Below, piece after piece: positions 1 through 15,650 of a stretch of DNA of 64,000 bases. Under the pieces are notes generated by a model. That model had not been told where the DNA came from and did no database searches. It saw only the letters and a list, made by a program, of their open reading frames with translations. Every line of letters starts with the position of its first letter. Within the stretch, counting starts at the first letter, position 1. Source of the stretch: Phyllobates terribilis (lineage: Eukaryota); assembly GCF_046119375.1 (NCBI RefSeq), contig NW_027362769.1, positions 393,142,001-393,206,000 of the forward strand, written 5' to 3'. Made by a program: the position numbers and the translations under genes.

Positions 1-120
1 GTCTTCACCCACTAGTCAGACACAACTGAAAATAAGAGACAGGGCCCGCAGAGCGGAAAAACTGAGAAAATTGCATGATGCAAGGCCATCTGCGTATTCT
101 AAAAAGTTATCTGAAATTAA

Positions 121-2997
<2,877 letters not shown>

Positions 2998-3674
2998 AGT
3001 AATTCGAGAACACTTTACACTCTCAGCCGGGCCGTGGACGGTCTAAAAAGAGCGTGGAGTGATAGGAAGCCAAAACACTTAACCAATTGGTGCTCCTACA
3101 TCTGAGTATAGGAGGAGTCGTACAGTTACCATAGACATCAGACTAAATTTGATGAAAAACCACATTCGACGATAGTAGGATGAAACTTACCTATAAGCGA
3201 CTAACACACTCAGCTCATCTGGAAAGAAGTTGGCTACATCTGAATTTTTGGAGCATAGTCAGAATAAATATTTTTCGTTGTAATGAAAGATCTTTTATCC
3301 AACACGTTCCCAGAAAGAGCTTTTTTCTATCACTCGTCGTCAGTAATAATGTATGACCAGGTTTAATGACCAATGGGGACTAAGAAGGGTATGGACATCA
3401 GCAAACTGATCCAATCGCTCATTCAACCATCGTCTGACTTGTACCTTATGTATATGGCTACCTTTAGAAAAGTTACACCGCATATATCCTGCAAGATGAG
3501 GGGCTTCACGAATCTATGACAACTCAATATGAGCTAAGATATCAAGACACTCCCGTCCATCAAAGCCCCATAAGGAATCGTACGTGGAAAACCAATGTGT
3601 CGCACTATTTATCAACTACAATTAATGTCCAAATATTTGGTCAGTTTTTCTTTATTAGGGACTTGGAGTCAATG

Positions 3675-4202
3675 TTAAAGAAGTTGTCCACTACTTCATA
3701 TGAACCCCCCAATGTATCCCCCCGGGGCCCATAAGTGTTTTTGTAAATACTTTGCTGTACTTTTTCTGCCACAGAGAGGCTCTATCGCTGGCTGCTCAGA
3801 GGCATCACGTGACCCGTCACTGATGTCACGTCAAGTAAGGAGTGACATCAGTGACGAACTCCTCGCGGTGGACCACGTGTGTCACACCCTGCGTTTTCCC
3901 AGTGAATGAGGAGAGGGAGAAAGCGCGGTGGATGCCAGGTGTGACCTCCGGGGTAACCTCGCCCACAACCCAGCAGCCACCGGTGGAACACGGAAGAGGG
4001 ACCCTCGGCTGCAGCCTGGACTTGTTGTGACGTCAGCGGATGTCAGAGCCGGCTGCAGCCGGGGGTCACATGATGCCTGGGAGCGGCCAGTGATAGTGCC
4101 GCTCACAGCCAGAAAAGGCACCACAAGGTATTTAGAGAAACACTTATGGGCCCTGGGGGAATACATTGGGGGATCATATAAAGCAGTGGACAACCCCTTT
4201 AA
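3675..4202. mobile_element. Non-autonomous DNA transposon (MITE), TTAA-flanked, Kolobok/T2-type
   Basis: TTAA at 3675-3678 and 4199-4202. About 90-bp imperfect terminal inverted repeats (aagttgtccactac..cccccaatgtat..gggcccataagtgttt vs its reverse complement). ORFs 3700+ and 3882- translate alike because of this symmetry. Confidence 0.8.
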
Positions 4203-5291
4203 GGAAGGGATGATCTGGTGTACATGAGTGACAATGGGTAGGGAAAAAAAAGTGCCGCAGATTTACACCACTAGAGAGGGACCGTTCTAGAAATGGCTAG
4301 ACATTATGAGGACTGATAGTATTTTCATGACCAAGTACAATTAGATATATAGTTGTTTTTTTTCACTTAATAAAGATACCGGTATGGCGTTGACATGTGT
4401 TGAGAATAAAAGAAAACCTTTTTATCATCTTTATTGAATCTATTTTCTCCAGCAGCGCAGCCCACCTAATGTGTTTCATCCCACTGGATATATAGTTGAA
4501 CACTATTTGGACCATCATCAAAGCTTCAACACAACTTTTCAAGATATTTGGATGGCAAACTTCCTCCTTATATGTACTAAAATAGTGTAGGAGTTCCCAG
4601 CCCGGTGTACTGGATACAGATCAGCCTCTATGCTGTAAGTCAGGGCACAGGTGAACTATGCGGTTATATAAGCTTCTGAGCCAGACACAACACTAAATAT
4701 ACCGATGTCTCTGAGAGACTGAGGAACTGGAAACCCCTTTATGGAGGAAAATCCCCTCTCTCTTTCCTTGTGAATTCCAGTTAGAAAATAAATGTTTTTA
4801 GTAAAATTAAATTATTCACCAAATTTGTAAGTATTACTACAATTAATAATTTTATTTCCATTTTCGCTCCTTCAACATGTTGGTTAAATAATACAATATA
4901 TATTTATACATATTACTTAGTAAACTATATATAATTCTCACCAAAATTATCTCATGCACATCGCTGTATAGGCAAAGTTCTAACAAAGATTAAAAATGGG
5001 ACATTTGTGAAATCCGTGACCACGAGAAGCAGAGTTAGCTAAATAAAGAAGATAATACATGGAAAATAAACTTATCATAGGCTGATGGAGTCAAATTCCA
5101 TTTTTTTGTCATGACTGTGCACAAACCACAGCAGTTTTGCAGCAAATATACGGTAATCCACAAATTGTTTTGCAGGCACAAGAAAAAAAGCAAGGGCTTT
5201 CACCTGTACAAACCACATAGTAAAAACATCATCACAAAACCACAGTAAGGTCGAATTCACACATCAGTTTATTTTCTCATGTGCAAAAAAA

Positions 5292-5324
<33 letters not shown>

Positions 5325-6115
5325 TCACAAAAAAACATGTGAACAAGCCCAAACAAACAAGGCTATGCAGTAAAAAATGCAGACAAAGATTAGACGTGTG
5401 AATGGGGCCTTACTCTGAATAAGCGCTCATTCAGACGTCCAATTTCTCCACGTATGAGAGAAATGGACCGATTATTCAGATCAGACTCTGATCTGATCCA
5501 ATTTTCTTGTACGTGGAGAGATTGAAAAAAAAAAAAATTCTTCACCTTCTCTATTCTGACAGATTGTGAAAATCAGACCGCCCGTCCGATTTTTTCACGG
5601 ACTTGCCTTGCCGATTTAGATCTAACCCACGGATCAAAAAATTGGACATATCTTCGCGATTTTCCGCCAACCACTCGGTTTGAGGAAAGAGTCCGATATG
5701 TAATTGGCCCCTTAAACTATCACACGTACGAATGCCATCATGAAAATCAAGGATAGCACTTGTACTCAAAAATCGAATGTCTGAAAGAGGAGTAAAACGC
5801 ACCACACTGTCACTTTATTACCAGAATTTGGGTAGAGCATCAATGGTTACAAAAATCAATGGTTAGAAAAGTGAATAAATAGTAAGGTCTTAGAAATCGA
5901 TACAAATACGCATGAACGAGACTGTTCTCATCAATATAATAAGCTATTACAAGGCTAAGCTCACATGTCGAGATATGGCGGAAAAGAGTAAAGTGCAAGT
6001 TAAATCATAAATAAATGGCTTTGCTCCTGAGTTCCATTGAAGAAACATGATGGTACAAAATGATATAGCCCCTTTTAGAATGGTATTACTGAATGATTCG
6101 TCATACGTTCAGGTA

Positions 6116-7600
6116 CTAACTTCTTATCTTTATCCAGGCATCATCTTCCACCCAAAAGGCAGCATGAAGAGGGGAGTTGAAGGTGGTCTTGTAGGTGTAG
6201 AGGTGGCATATAGGGTCACTGAGTTGATAGAAGGACAGCTGACCGACCTCATGGTCCAGGTATATTAAATATCTCTGACAGGAATACTCTACATCTATGT
6301 GAATCACTTCTGAGTTATGCTTCACTGAATACCTATTGTTTGATCTCCTGAGGACCCAGGAGTGATCATTGATGCCGAGGAAGGAGAGAGTACCTTTCCT
6401 TTCGATGGTAGAATAGGCCACCCCTATCATCCAGTCCCCCCAGTCACTTGCTTCCACCTCCCACGAATGCCGTCCGGAAGGAAAGCTTTTGGTGCTAAGG
6501 ACCTGAACGCAGTAAAATTTTTCCGGTCTTTCTGGCCGTCGTAAGTTAAGCTTTGATTTGCAAGCGGTTTTCAGGTCTCCAGAGATCAAAACGTAATCTC
6601 CAGCTGTCTTTTCATCCAGTAATATCTCAGAGGCCTCCAACAAGTGAAGTTCTTTCATTGCACTGACATTAGACACTATTTTACCCAGATTTGTGTGCAA
6701 AGTCATAGAAATAAGAACTTCATCCAAACTTTTTACTTGGTCGAAAGGTTCATCGCTCATCTTTCTGCCATAGCCATCTGCTACAGTCAGAGATCCAGGT
6801 AGACAACCTATTAGGATAGATAACGGATCGGTCATTTGACACAGTTTCTCAAAATTGGATATCTGCTTAGATATATTTTCCACTTTTATTTCCAGTTCTT
6901 TAACCTGTTCAGAAAGGGAATGCAAAACTTGTTCTTCCTGCCTTGAGACCTCTTTTAAGACACGTCTTTCTAGGGCATTTAACTGTGCCCTCATATCAGT
7001 AAAGAGAAGGTCTACTTGGTCCTTTATGGCTTTCGCTTTGTCTTTCGTGCTGCCCATTTCTGACTCCAAGTCCTTGACTCTATTTTGAGTCTTTTCCTTC
7101 CTTAGGATTCGTCTTCTCAACAAGCCCACAAGTTTCTCCTTCTTCTTCTCAGAAGCACTTTGTAGGAGTTCCACAGGGTGTCCCTTATGGCCTCCAATTA
7201 AAAAGCAGGAAACACAGATAACGGAGTCATCCTCGGGGCAGTAGTACTTGAGTACCTCGTTGTGAATGGTACATTTTTGGCACCGTAATGATGAGGTGGG
7301 CTCTATTAAGACGTGATCTGGTGAATTATTGTGGACAGTCAGGTGCGTTTCACACAGCGAAGCTTCACAAAGACGGCACGACTTCACAGCAGGGACAGAG
7401 AGATTCACACAGTAAGTGCACAAAACCTCGCCCTCATGCCCTGTTTTTGCCTTACATTCGAAGCATTGTTCATCTTCCTGAGATGACTCCTTCATGCAAT
7501 CTTGACAGACAACATGTCCACATCTTAGAGTCACAAGACTGGAACAAAGGTATAGGCAGGTGAAACAGGTCTGGTCTTCAGCGATCGCAGCAGATGCCAT
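6116..7600 (-). CDS. TRIM E3 ligase (RING, B-box1, B-box2, coiled coil, PRY/SPRY), single coding exon, about 494 aa
   Basis: CFTC..CGH..CQDC..CFEC RING; CTYC..CRLCEASLCETH B-box1; CTIH..YYC..C..C..GHKGH B-box2; LSTKSFPSGRHSWEV..W.IGVAY..IYLDHEVGQLSFY SPRY. The true ATG (MASA..) is at 7600; the track's 7624 start is a GTG. A possible 72-bp 5'UTR intron lies at 7602-7673. Confidence 0.93.
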   Translation of the reverse strand: MASAAIAEDQTCFTCLYLCSSLVTLRCGHVVCQDCMKESSQEDEQCFECKAKTGHEGEVLCTYCVNLSVPAVKSCRLCEASLCETHLTVHNNSPDHVLIEPTSSLRCQKCTIHNEVLKYYCPEDDSVICVSCFLIGGHKGHPVELLQSASEKKKEKLVGLLRRRILRKEKTQNRVKDLESEMGSTKDKAKAIKDQVDLLFTDMRAQLNALERRVLKEVSRQEEQVLHSLSEQVKELEIKVENISKQISNFEKLCQMTDPLSILIGCLPGSLTVADGYGRKMSDEPFDQVKSLDEVLISMTLHTNLGKIVSNVSAMKELHLLEASEILLDEKTAGDYVLISGDLKTACKSKLNLRRPERPEKFYCVQVLSTKSFPSGRHSWEVEASDWGDWMIGVAYSTIERKGTLSFLGINDHSWVLRRSNNRYSVKHNSEVIHIDVEYSCQRYLIYLDHEVGQLSFYQLSDPICHLYTYKTTFNSPLHAAFWVEDDAWIKIRS

Positions 7601-8661
7601 CCTTGAAGAGAACAGGCGACTCACAGAGTGATTTTCTGTTTTGTTGCTAGAAATACACTCAAACTTGTTTTACCTGATTCCCCAGGAAACTTCTAAGACA
7701 GTCCAATAAACAGCTAAACTCTATTTCTGTCCTGTAAATCATAAAAAGGTGCATTACGTACATGTAGCTTTATGCAATATTTGCATAAAGTCTTATGCAA
7801 TATTTGCATAAAGTCACAGGTTTTTATCAGGAAAATTAGCCGTTTCTAAAGGCTGTTTCCTTAAAACTTTGTCCTTCATTGCTAAATACGTAAGCTAAAA
7901 TGCTGATCTAAGCAAAAACAGCAAATTGGGGGGGGGGGGGGGGGTCTGCCATGATTTGGATTTACATTTGTGGGATGCAATTGTCTTGATATCCATTGAT
8001 GGGTATCAGTTGGTTGGGACTGCCACTGATAATATAGGAAATATCACAACAGTTCCTAGTTGACGTGAAGAATTTATTGAGGCGTCAGCATGTCATGGTT
8101 ACTTTGCAAGATGACCAACGCTTCAATCTACCCAGACATCGGTCACAGCCTGTTAAGGGCAGTGTAAAGAACATTTTGTGGAACATTTTACTGATTTCTG
8201 GGAACATTCAATGTATATATTACTGTACATATCATTGTTCACTGTATATGTTGCACAATCTTTTAGGAGTTTTCACATTTTCGGCAGCGACTATGTGATA
8301 AAGACCTGGGAAGGGTCGAAACGTCTTACCGTAGCATATTTCTCCATGCATTTTGACACATTGTTTGTGCCTGCTACGATATTAAAATCACACTGGATTC
8401 AAGACTCTGTGAGAGTGCGGCCGTTTCCTCTCTATGGTCTAGGTTTCGGACAGCCTTTATCTTTAGCCTGTTAGACCCTCCACAGAACCAGGGCTGTAGA
8501 GTCTGTGTCCATTTTGGTGGAGTCGGAATCGGAGTCGGTATAAAATGGACCGACTCCAACCCCTAAGATATATAATTAACTGGGTACAGTAGTTCAATGC
8601 AGTTTGTGGGTAATATTTTTTTCATAAAAAATTGGGAAAGTTATGAAATGTCCTATAAATA

Positions 8662-10252
8662 CAGTTATATGAAAAAGTTTGGGCACCCCTATTAATCTTA
8701 ATGTTTTATAAAAATTGGTGTTTTTGCAACAGCTATTTCAGCTTGATATATGTAATAACTGTTGGACACGGTAATGTTTCTGCCTTGAAATGAGGTTTAT
8801 TGTACTAACAGAAAATGTGCAATCTGTATTCAAACAAAATTTGACAGGTGCATAAGTATGGGCACCCTTATCATTTTCTTGTTTTAAATACTCCTACCTA
8901 CTTTTTACTGACTTACTAAAGCACTTTTTCTGGTTTTGTAACCTCATTGAGCTTTGAACTTCATAGCCAGGTGTATGCAATCATGAGAAAAGCTACTTAA
9001 AGTGGCCACTTGCAAGTTGTTCTCCTGTTTGAATCTCCTCTGAAGAGTGGCATCATGGGCTCCTCAAAACAACTGTCAAATGATCTGAAAACAAAGATTA
9101 TTCAACATAGTTGTTCAGGGGAAGGATACAAAAAACTGTTTCAGAGATTTAACCTGTCAGTTTCCACTGTGAGGAACATAGTAAGGAAATGGAAGAACAC
9201 AGGGACAGTTCTTGTTAAGGCCAGAAGTGGCAGGCCAAGAAAAACATCAGAAAGGCAGAGAAGAAGAATGGTGAGATCAGTCAAGGACAATCCTCAGACC
9301 ACCTCCAGAGAGCTGCAGCATCAACTTGCTGCAGATGGTGTCACTGTGCATCGGTCAACTATACAACGCACTTTGCACAAGGAGAAGCTGTATGGGAGAG
9401 TGATGCGAAAGAAGCCGTTTCTGCAAGCACGCCACAAACAGAGTCGGCTGAGGTATGCAAAAGCACATTTGGAGAAGCCAATTTCTTTTTGGAAGAAGGT
9501 CCTGTGGACTGATGAAAAACACAGCATTCCAAGAAAAACACTTGCTACCCACAGTAAAATTTGGTGGAGGTTCCATCATGCTTTGGGGCTGTGTGGCCAA
9601 TGACGGCACCAGGAATCTTGTTAAAGTTGAGGGACGCATGGATTCCACTCAGTATCAGCAGATTCTTGACAATAATGTTCAAGAATCAGTGATAAAGTTG
9701 AAGTTACGCAGGGGATGGATCTTTCAGCAAGACAATGATCCAAAACACCGCTCCAAATCTACTCAGGCATTCATGCAGAGGAACAATTACAATGTTCTGG
9801 AATGGCCATCCCAGTCCCCAGACCTGAATATCATTGAACATCTGTGGGATCATTTGAAGAGGGCTGTCCATGCTCGGCGACCATCAAACTTAACTGAACT
9901 GGAATTGTTTTGTAAAGAGGAATGGTCAAAAATACCTTCATCCAGGATCCAGGAACTCATTAAAAGCTACAGGAAGCGACTAGAGGCTGTTATTTTTGCA
10001 AAAGGAGGATCTACTAAATATTAATGTCACTTTTCTGGTGGGGTGCCCATACTTATGCACCTGTCAAATTTTGTTTGAATGCAGATTGCACATTTTCTGT
10101 TAGTACAATAAACCTCCTTTCAAGGCAGAAACATTACTGTGTCCAACAGTTATTACATATATCAAGCTGAAATAGCTGTTGCAAAAACACCAATTTTTAT
10201 AAAACATTAAGCTTAAGATTAATAGGGGTGCCCAAACTTTTTCATATAACTG
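8662..10252 (+). mobile_element. Tc1/mariner DNA transposon, IR/DR type, near full length
   Basis: TA TSD at 8660-8661 and 10253-10254. About 210-bp TIRs beginning CAGTTATATGAAAAAGTTTGGGCACCCCT, each with an inner direct repeat (AAGTATGGGCACCC). Internal transposase. Confidence 0.95.
9055..10024 (+). pseudogene. Tc1 transposase (DD34E), frameshifted by an internal deletion near 9516
   Basis: MGSSKQLS..GRPRK..WTDE then a frame change to KNTAFQEKHLLPTVKFGGGSIMLWGC..FQQDNDPKH..SPDLNIIEHLW. Exactly 34 residues lie between the second D and E. Confidence 0.93.
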
Positions 10253-11767
10253 TATCTGTCCTATTCCTGATCTAAGGGTCTAGACTTTTAGCTGAGATTA
10301 AATTGTGCTACAGTAAATTTATCACTTAAACACGAGCCATGTATGAGGGAGTCGGAGTTGTGGTCACTGAAATTGAGGAGTCGGAGTTGGAGGTTTGGCT
10401 TACTGACTCCACAGCCCTGCACAGAACGTCCACTATGCTGCTCTTAATAGGCCAAGGTCCAGGTGGACTGAAATGTAGGCCATGACAGACCACTATCAGC
10501 CTCTCCACAGAAAATCTAGTACACTGCTCCTAACAGGCCATAACCAAGGTCCGGTCAGACCGAAATGTTGGCCATCTTTTCAGCTATGAACATGACCTGC
10601 GAAGATATCAATAAATGTGATTTTCTTCAACACAACTAAGGAAAGCTGTGGTCTTTCCTATATTAATGTCGGGATATTCATCCTACCACTGAGCACCACC
10701 ATCAGCCAGTCCAGAGTGATGACCATAAACGCTTTATTGGACTTCTACTGATGCCATGCAGAACTGTCATTTTGCCCAAATGATTTTTCCACAACAGCAC
10801 CCAACAACAAAAAATTACAAAACAGATAATCTTTTTTGACATGGATCGGCACCCATCAGGGTGTCGCAACAAGGTACAGATGTCTGGTAGAAAAGTCTAA
10901 ATAGACAGTCTCATCTGTCCAAAATCACCAGAGTACGAGGATCGGGGTTACGTTTAGATTTTAGTTTGTGATTAACAAATGAAGTTGATCTGGTGAAAGA
11001 GGGGGATTTCCATTAGGACAATAACGGGGCATCTGCCAAAAACGCATTTGTAGGGTGTACCGTACAACAAGCTGTAATAACCCTTTCCTCTAAGGTAGCT
11101 TCACACATCCGTTTGTTACCATCCGTGAGAAACGGACTGATTTTTTTTCTCATTTATCATCCGTTTTGTTTTCTTTTTTTTTTTTAAATCGTTGGAGAAG
11201 GTAGCTTGAACTTTTTTTTATCCATTGGCTCTTATCAATGTGGTTAAAAATGGATGAAGCGCAGATGGAAAACTGAAGTAAAAAATCAGTCTTCCTAGTT
11301 TCATCCATGTCTCATGGGTCCCCATAAACTTTATGATCTAAGAAAAATCATAACAGGACCTGCTCTGAGTCATACGAACCCTGTTTTTAAAACCGACGAG
11401 TGTATGAATCAATGAGACTCTATGGGTCAAGACGCAGTTCGAAAAATAAAATGGCCAGCACTGGGATGTGTCACATGGATTTGGGAATGAGTCCTCTTAT
11501 ATTAGTAAAATGTCTCGTTTTCCCACTTCTCCCATCACATCGACAAGACGGATGTTTTGGGACTCTGCATCGGTCATCATTAGCCATAAAGATCTTAGGC
11601 TAGATTCATAGTAAGGTTATGATCGGTCATAACTGCCAAAAACGAAGGCCGTTGCATGTCATGGGGTCTGTTGAGTTAGCATTAGGTTGTCAATCATAGT
11701 GCAGTCTACTGTGACTTTTCTTGCCGTTGCAACGGAGACGGTGTGAGTGAAGCTTAGAAATGACCCA

Positions 11768-14303
11768 TTAAAGGGATTGTCCATGTCCTACCCTGGGTCT
11801 ATCAGTTACTTCACTGAAAGCTGAGCTGCAGTATCGGAGAACGGCCACTACGTGGTGTACAGCACTGTTCTGGCTTCGTATCTTGTGTACCAGACCTGAT
11901 TGCTGGGGGTGCCGGGTTTAGGACTCCACCTTACAGCGCTGTTCTGGCTTTATACCTTGTGTACCTGACCTGATTGCTGGAGGTGCTGGGCTTTGGACTC
12001 CACCTTACAGCGCTGTTCTGGCTTCGTATCTTGTGTACCTGACCTGATTGCTGGGTTTAGGACTCCACCTTACAGCGCTGTTCTGGCTTCGTATCTTGTG
12101 TACCTGACCTGATTGCTGGGGGTGCCGGGTTTAGGACTCCACCTTACAGCGTTGTTCTGGCTTCGTATCTTGTGTACCTGACCTGATTGCTGGAGGTGCT
12201 GGGTTTTGGACTCCACCTTACAGCGCTGTTCTGGCTTCGTATCTTGTGTACCTGACCTGATTGCTGGAGGTGCTGGGTTTTGGACTCCACCTTACAGCGC
12301 TGTTCTGGCTTCGTATCTTGTGTACCTGACCTGATTGCTGGAGGTGCCGGGTTTAGGACTCCACCTTACAGCGCTGTTCTGGCTTCGTATCTTGTGTACC
12401 TGACCTGATTGCTGGGGGTGCCGGGTTTAGGACTCCACCTTACAGCGCTGTTCTGGCTTCGTATCTTGTGTACCTGACCTGATTGCTGGAGGTGCTGGGT
12501 TTTGGACTCCACCTTACAGCGCTGTTCTGGCTTCGTATCTTGTGTACCTGACCTGATTGCTGGGGGTGCTGGGTTTTGGACTCCACCTTACAGCACTGTT
12601 CTGGCTTTATACCTTGTGTACGGGACCTGATTGCTGGGGGTGCCGGGTTTAGGACTCCACCTTACAGCGCTGTTCTGGCTTTGTATCTTGTGTACCAGAC
12701 CTGATTGCTGGGGGTGCCGGGTTTAGGACTCCACCTTACAGCGCTGTTCTGGCTTTATACCTTGTGTACGGGACCTGATTGCTGGGGGTGCCGGGTTTAG
12801 GACTCCACCTTACAGCGCTGTTCTGGCTTTGTATCTTGTGTACCAGACCTGATTGCTGGGGGTGCCGGGTTTAGGACTCCACCTTACAGCGCTGTTCTGG
12901 CTTTATACCTTGTGTACCTGACCTGATTGCTGGAGGTGCTGGGCTTTGGACTCCACCTTACAGCGCTGTTCTGGCTTCGTATCTTGTGTACCTGACCTGA
13001 TTGCTGGGTTTAGGACTCCACCTTACAGCGCTGTTCTGGCTTCGTATCTTGTGTACCTGACCTGATTGCTGGGGGTGCCGGGTTTAGGACTCCACCTTAC
13101 AGCGTTGTTCTGGCTTCGTATCTTGTGTACCTGACCTGATTGCTGGAGGTGCTGGGTTTTGGACTCCACCTTACAGCGCTGTTCTGGCTTCGTATCTTGT
13201 GTACCTGACCTGATTGCTGGAGGTGCTGGGTTTTGGACTCCACCTTACAGCGCTGTTCTGGCTTCGTATCTTGTGTACCTGACCTGATTGCTGGAGGTGC
13301 CGGGTTTAGGACTCCACCTTACAGCGCTGTTCTGGCTTCGTATCTTGTGTACCTGACCTGATTGCTGGGGGTGCCGGGTTTAGGACTCCACCTTACAGCG
13401 CTGTTCTGGCTTCGTATCTTGTGTACCTGACCTGATTGCTGGAGGTGCTGGGTTTTGGACTCCACCTTACAGCGCTGTTCTGGCTTCGTATCTTGTGTAC
13501 CTGACCTGATTGCTGGGGGTGCTGGGTTTTGGACTCCACCTTACAGCACTGTTCTGGCTTTATACCTTGTGTACGGGACCTGATTGCTGGGGGTGCCGGG
13601 TTTAGGACTCCACCTTACAGCGCTGTTCTGGCTTTGTATCTTGTGTACCAGACCTGATTGCTGGGGGTGCCGGGTTTTGGACTCCACCTTGCAGCGTTGT
13701 TATGGCTTCGTACTCTGTGTACAGAACCTGATCATTGGGGGTGCCGGGTTTAAGACCCCACCTTACAGCGCTGTTATGGCTTTGTACCCCTGATCCAGGA
13801 CCTGATCGTTGGGGGCGCCAGTTTAGGACACCACTGTATGGCATGGCTTTGTACCCTGTATACGGGACATGACCATTGGGGATACCGAGTTTAGGACCCC
13901 ACAGTACAGAATGGCTTTGTACCCTGTGTACAGGATGTGGCTATTGGGGGTGCCAGGTTTAGGACCCCACCATACAGCATAGCTTCGTACCATGTGTAGG
14001 GGACCTGATCGTGGGGGGTGCCAGGTTTAGGACACCACCATACGGCATGGCTTCGTACTGTGAACGAGACCAGATCATTGGGTATGCCGGATTTAGGACC
14101 GCACTGTACAACATGACTTCATACCTTATGTACGGGACGTGACCGTTGGGTATACCGGGTTTAGGACCCCACCATACAGCATGGCTTCGTACCCTGTGTA
14201 CGGGACCTGATCGTTGGGGGTGCCGGGTTTACGACCCCACCAATATATCGGTGACATGTACTAAGGATAGACTGTCTATCTGGGCCCTGGACAACCCCTT
14301 TAA
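11768..14303. mobile_element. TTAA-flanked Kolobok/T2-type MITE inflated by an internal 74-bp minisatellite
   Basis: TTAAAGGGATTGTCCA at 11768 and TGGACAACCCCTTTAA ending at 14303 are inverted termini. The interior is a tandem array. Confidence 0.75.
11859..14240. repeat. 74-bp tandem array (about 32 units), homogeneous to about 13700 then degenerate
   Basis: Unit acagcgctgttctggcttcgtatcttgtgtacctgacctgattgctggaggtgctgggttttggactccacctt read directly. Confidence 0.95.
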
Positions 14304-14869
14304 GGTCTTCTTACAACAGTGATCTTTGCTTCCATCTTGGTAAGCGTTAACAATCGAATATCTTGATGTTCCCGTAAACAAATGGTCGCGATCATGCGAT
14401 CTCTCGCCAGCCATTTCTCCTCGTCACATTACGCGAGCGGCCATCACGTTCTCAGGCTCGGTATCGAAGGTTCTTGTTTTCTTCAGGGTCATCTTCTATC
14501 TGTTTCTACCACTGATGGCGATGACCGTACAGGACGTCGTGTGAGCTCCACGGCGTATCTGCTGGGGGTATCATCCATTGTTGACGCTGTGGGATGAGGA
14601 GATCTGACCGGCCTGTCCAGCACCTGTCGCCACCATGACGGCGCAGACATACAATACACAAAACCACTAAGTGATATGTGCGTTACTTTACTGTAGTTTT
14701 GACAGGAGAAGGTGACTGATAACTAGTAAGGTGGAGTATACATAAATTACCTCCCTCTATATACGCCCTCCTGGTCCTGGTACGTGTAACTCCCCGCTCA
14801 CAGCTCCCTCAGCAGCCGCCTCCTCTCACATTTACCTCAGAACAAGTTCCTGTCAGCGGAGAACTCGAC

Positions 14870-15090
14870 GCCTCTATAAAAGCCCGCGCAGAAGCTACGA
14901 CGCCCCGCCCACTGCGTCAACAGGCCGTTACCATGGAAGCAGCAGGCGTAGCCGTCTGGTTTGCGCCTGCGCAGTATGTCGCCTCGGCTAACCGCTTGCT
15001 CCAGTCACCTGCTCAGGGCCGGGCGCGTAGTGTTCGGGCTCCGCTCTCAGCACCGGCTGCTCCCGACCAATCACAGCGCTCCTGGCAGGT
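14870..15090 (+). promoter_or_regulatory. CpG-rich promoter / non-coding first exon of NUDT9
   Basis: TATAAAA at about 14875, GC-box-like CCCCGCCC, RFX-like GTTACCATGGAAGC, NRF1-like GCGCCTGCGCA, CCAAT at about 15067, and a strong donor CAG|GTAAGT at 15088/15089. TSS not determinable. Confidence 0.55.
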
Positions 15091-15650
15091 AAGTCCTGCG
15101 GTGCCCTCCAGCGAATCAAAACCGCGCCCCGCTTGATTGACATTTATTTGAACCAATCACCCCGGGGAATTGTTGGTAGTGGCTTTATAGCCCCCCCTCT
15201 CAGAGTATATATCCGGGCCCCTCTGTCTGCTGCCATCATCCAGTCACCATGGTGATTACTCACTGCACTCCTAGGCCATGGTGAGGAAACATCTGACAGC
15301 CATGGGACAACATGGTCATTTTCACCTGTTTAAACCTCCCCCGCCCACCTCTGTAATGGTCTCTTCCAGTCATTGTTTACAGAGATCATGTGACCACAGC
15401 AGCCAATCCCTGGTCTCATGTCTCAACCATAAAGTCTTGTGATTGGCTGAAGCGGTCACATGGGTATCTGTGATGTCATCACTATGGGGAAGTAAACACA
15501 GACCGACCGATCTGTGGACAAGATGAGCTGATTATCTGCGGTTGTACAGCAGCACAGAGTATTTCAGTGTGCATGTTTTATGATGCTGTACTGATCCTGT
15601 CGCATCTTCCCGCCTGCGTCTAGGGGTGAGGTGTGTGTCCAGACGCGCGG

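Larger units (their letters stand above)
8489..10419. mobile_element. hAT-type MITE (about 340 bp) interrupted by a Tc1 insertion
   Basis: Termini CAGGGCTGT(A/G)GAGTC / GACTCCACAGCCCTG. Perfect 8-bp direct repeat CACAGAAC at 8481-8488 and 10420-10427 (8-bp TSD is characteristic of hAT). Confidence 0.85.

Noticed and set aside
4960-5800. Fragments with ttcacac/gtgtgaa ends (also 11090-11760, 1677-1885) resembling Harbinger-like or palindromic MITEs
   Set aside because: Probably real old MITE debris, but termini and TSDs could not be paired confidently by eye.
7601-7624. N-terminal extension of the TRIM ORF in the track
   Set aside because: It starts at GTG and overlaps a likely splice acceptor. 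The ATG at 7600 gives the typical MASA start.
14933-15136. ORF with a good Kozak context (MEAAGVAVWF..) as the NUDT9 N-terminus
   Set aside because: It ends in phase 0 at the 15088 donor, and the next acceptors (15624/15643) do not give a convincing NUDT9-like extension. The ATG lies in an RFX-like motif, and the ATG at 15651 gives a better N-terminus.
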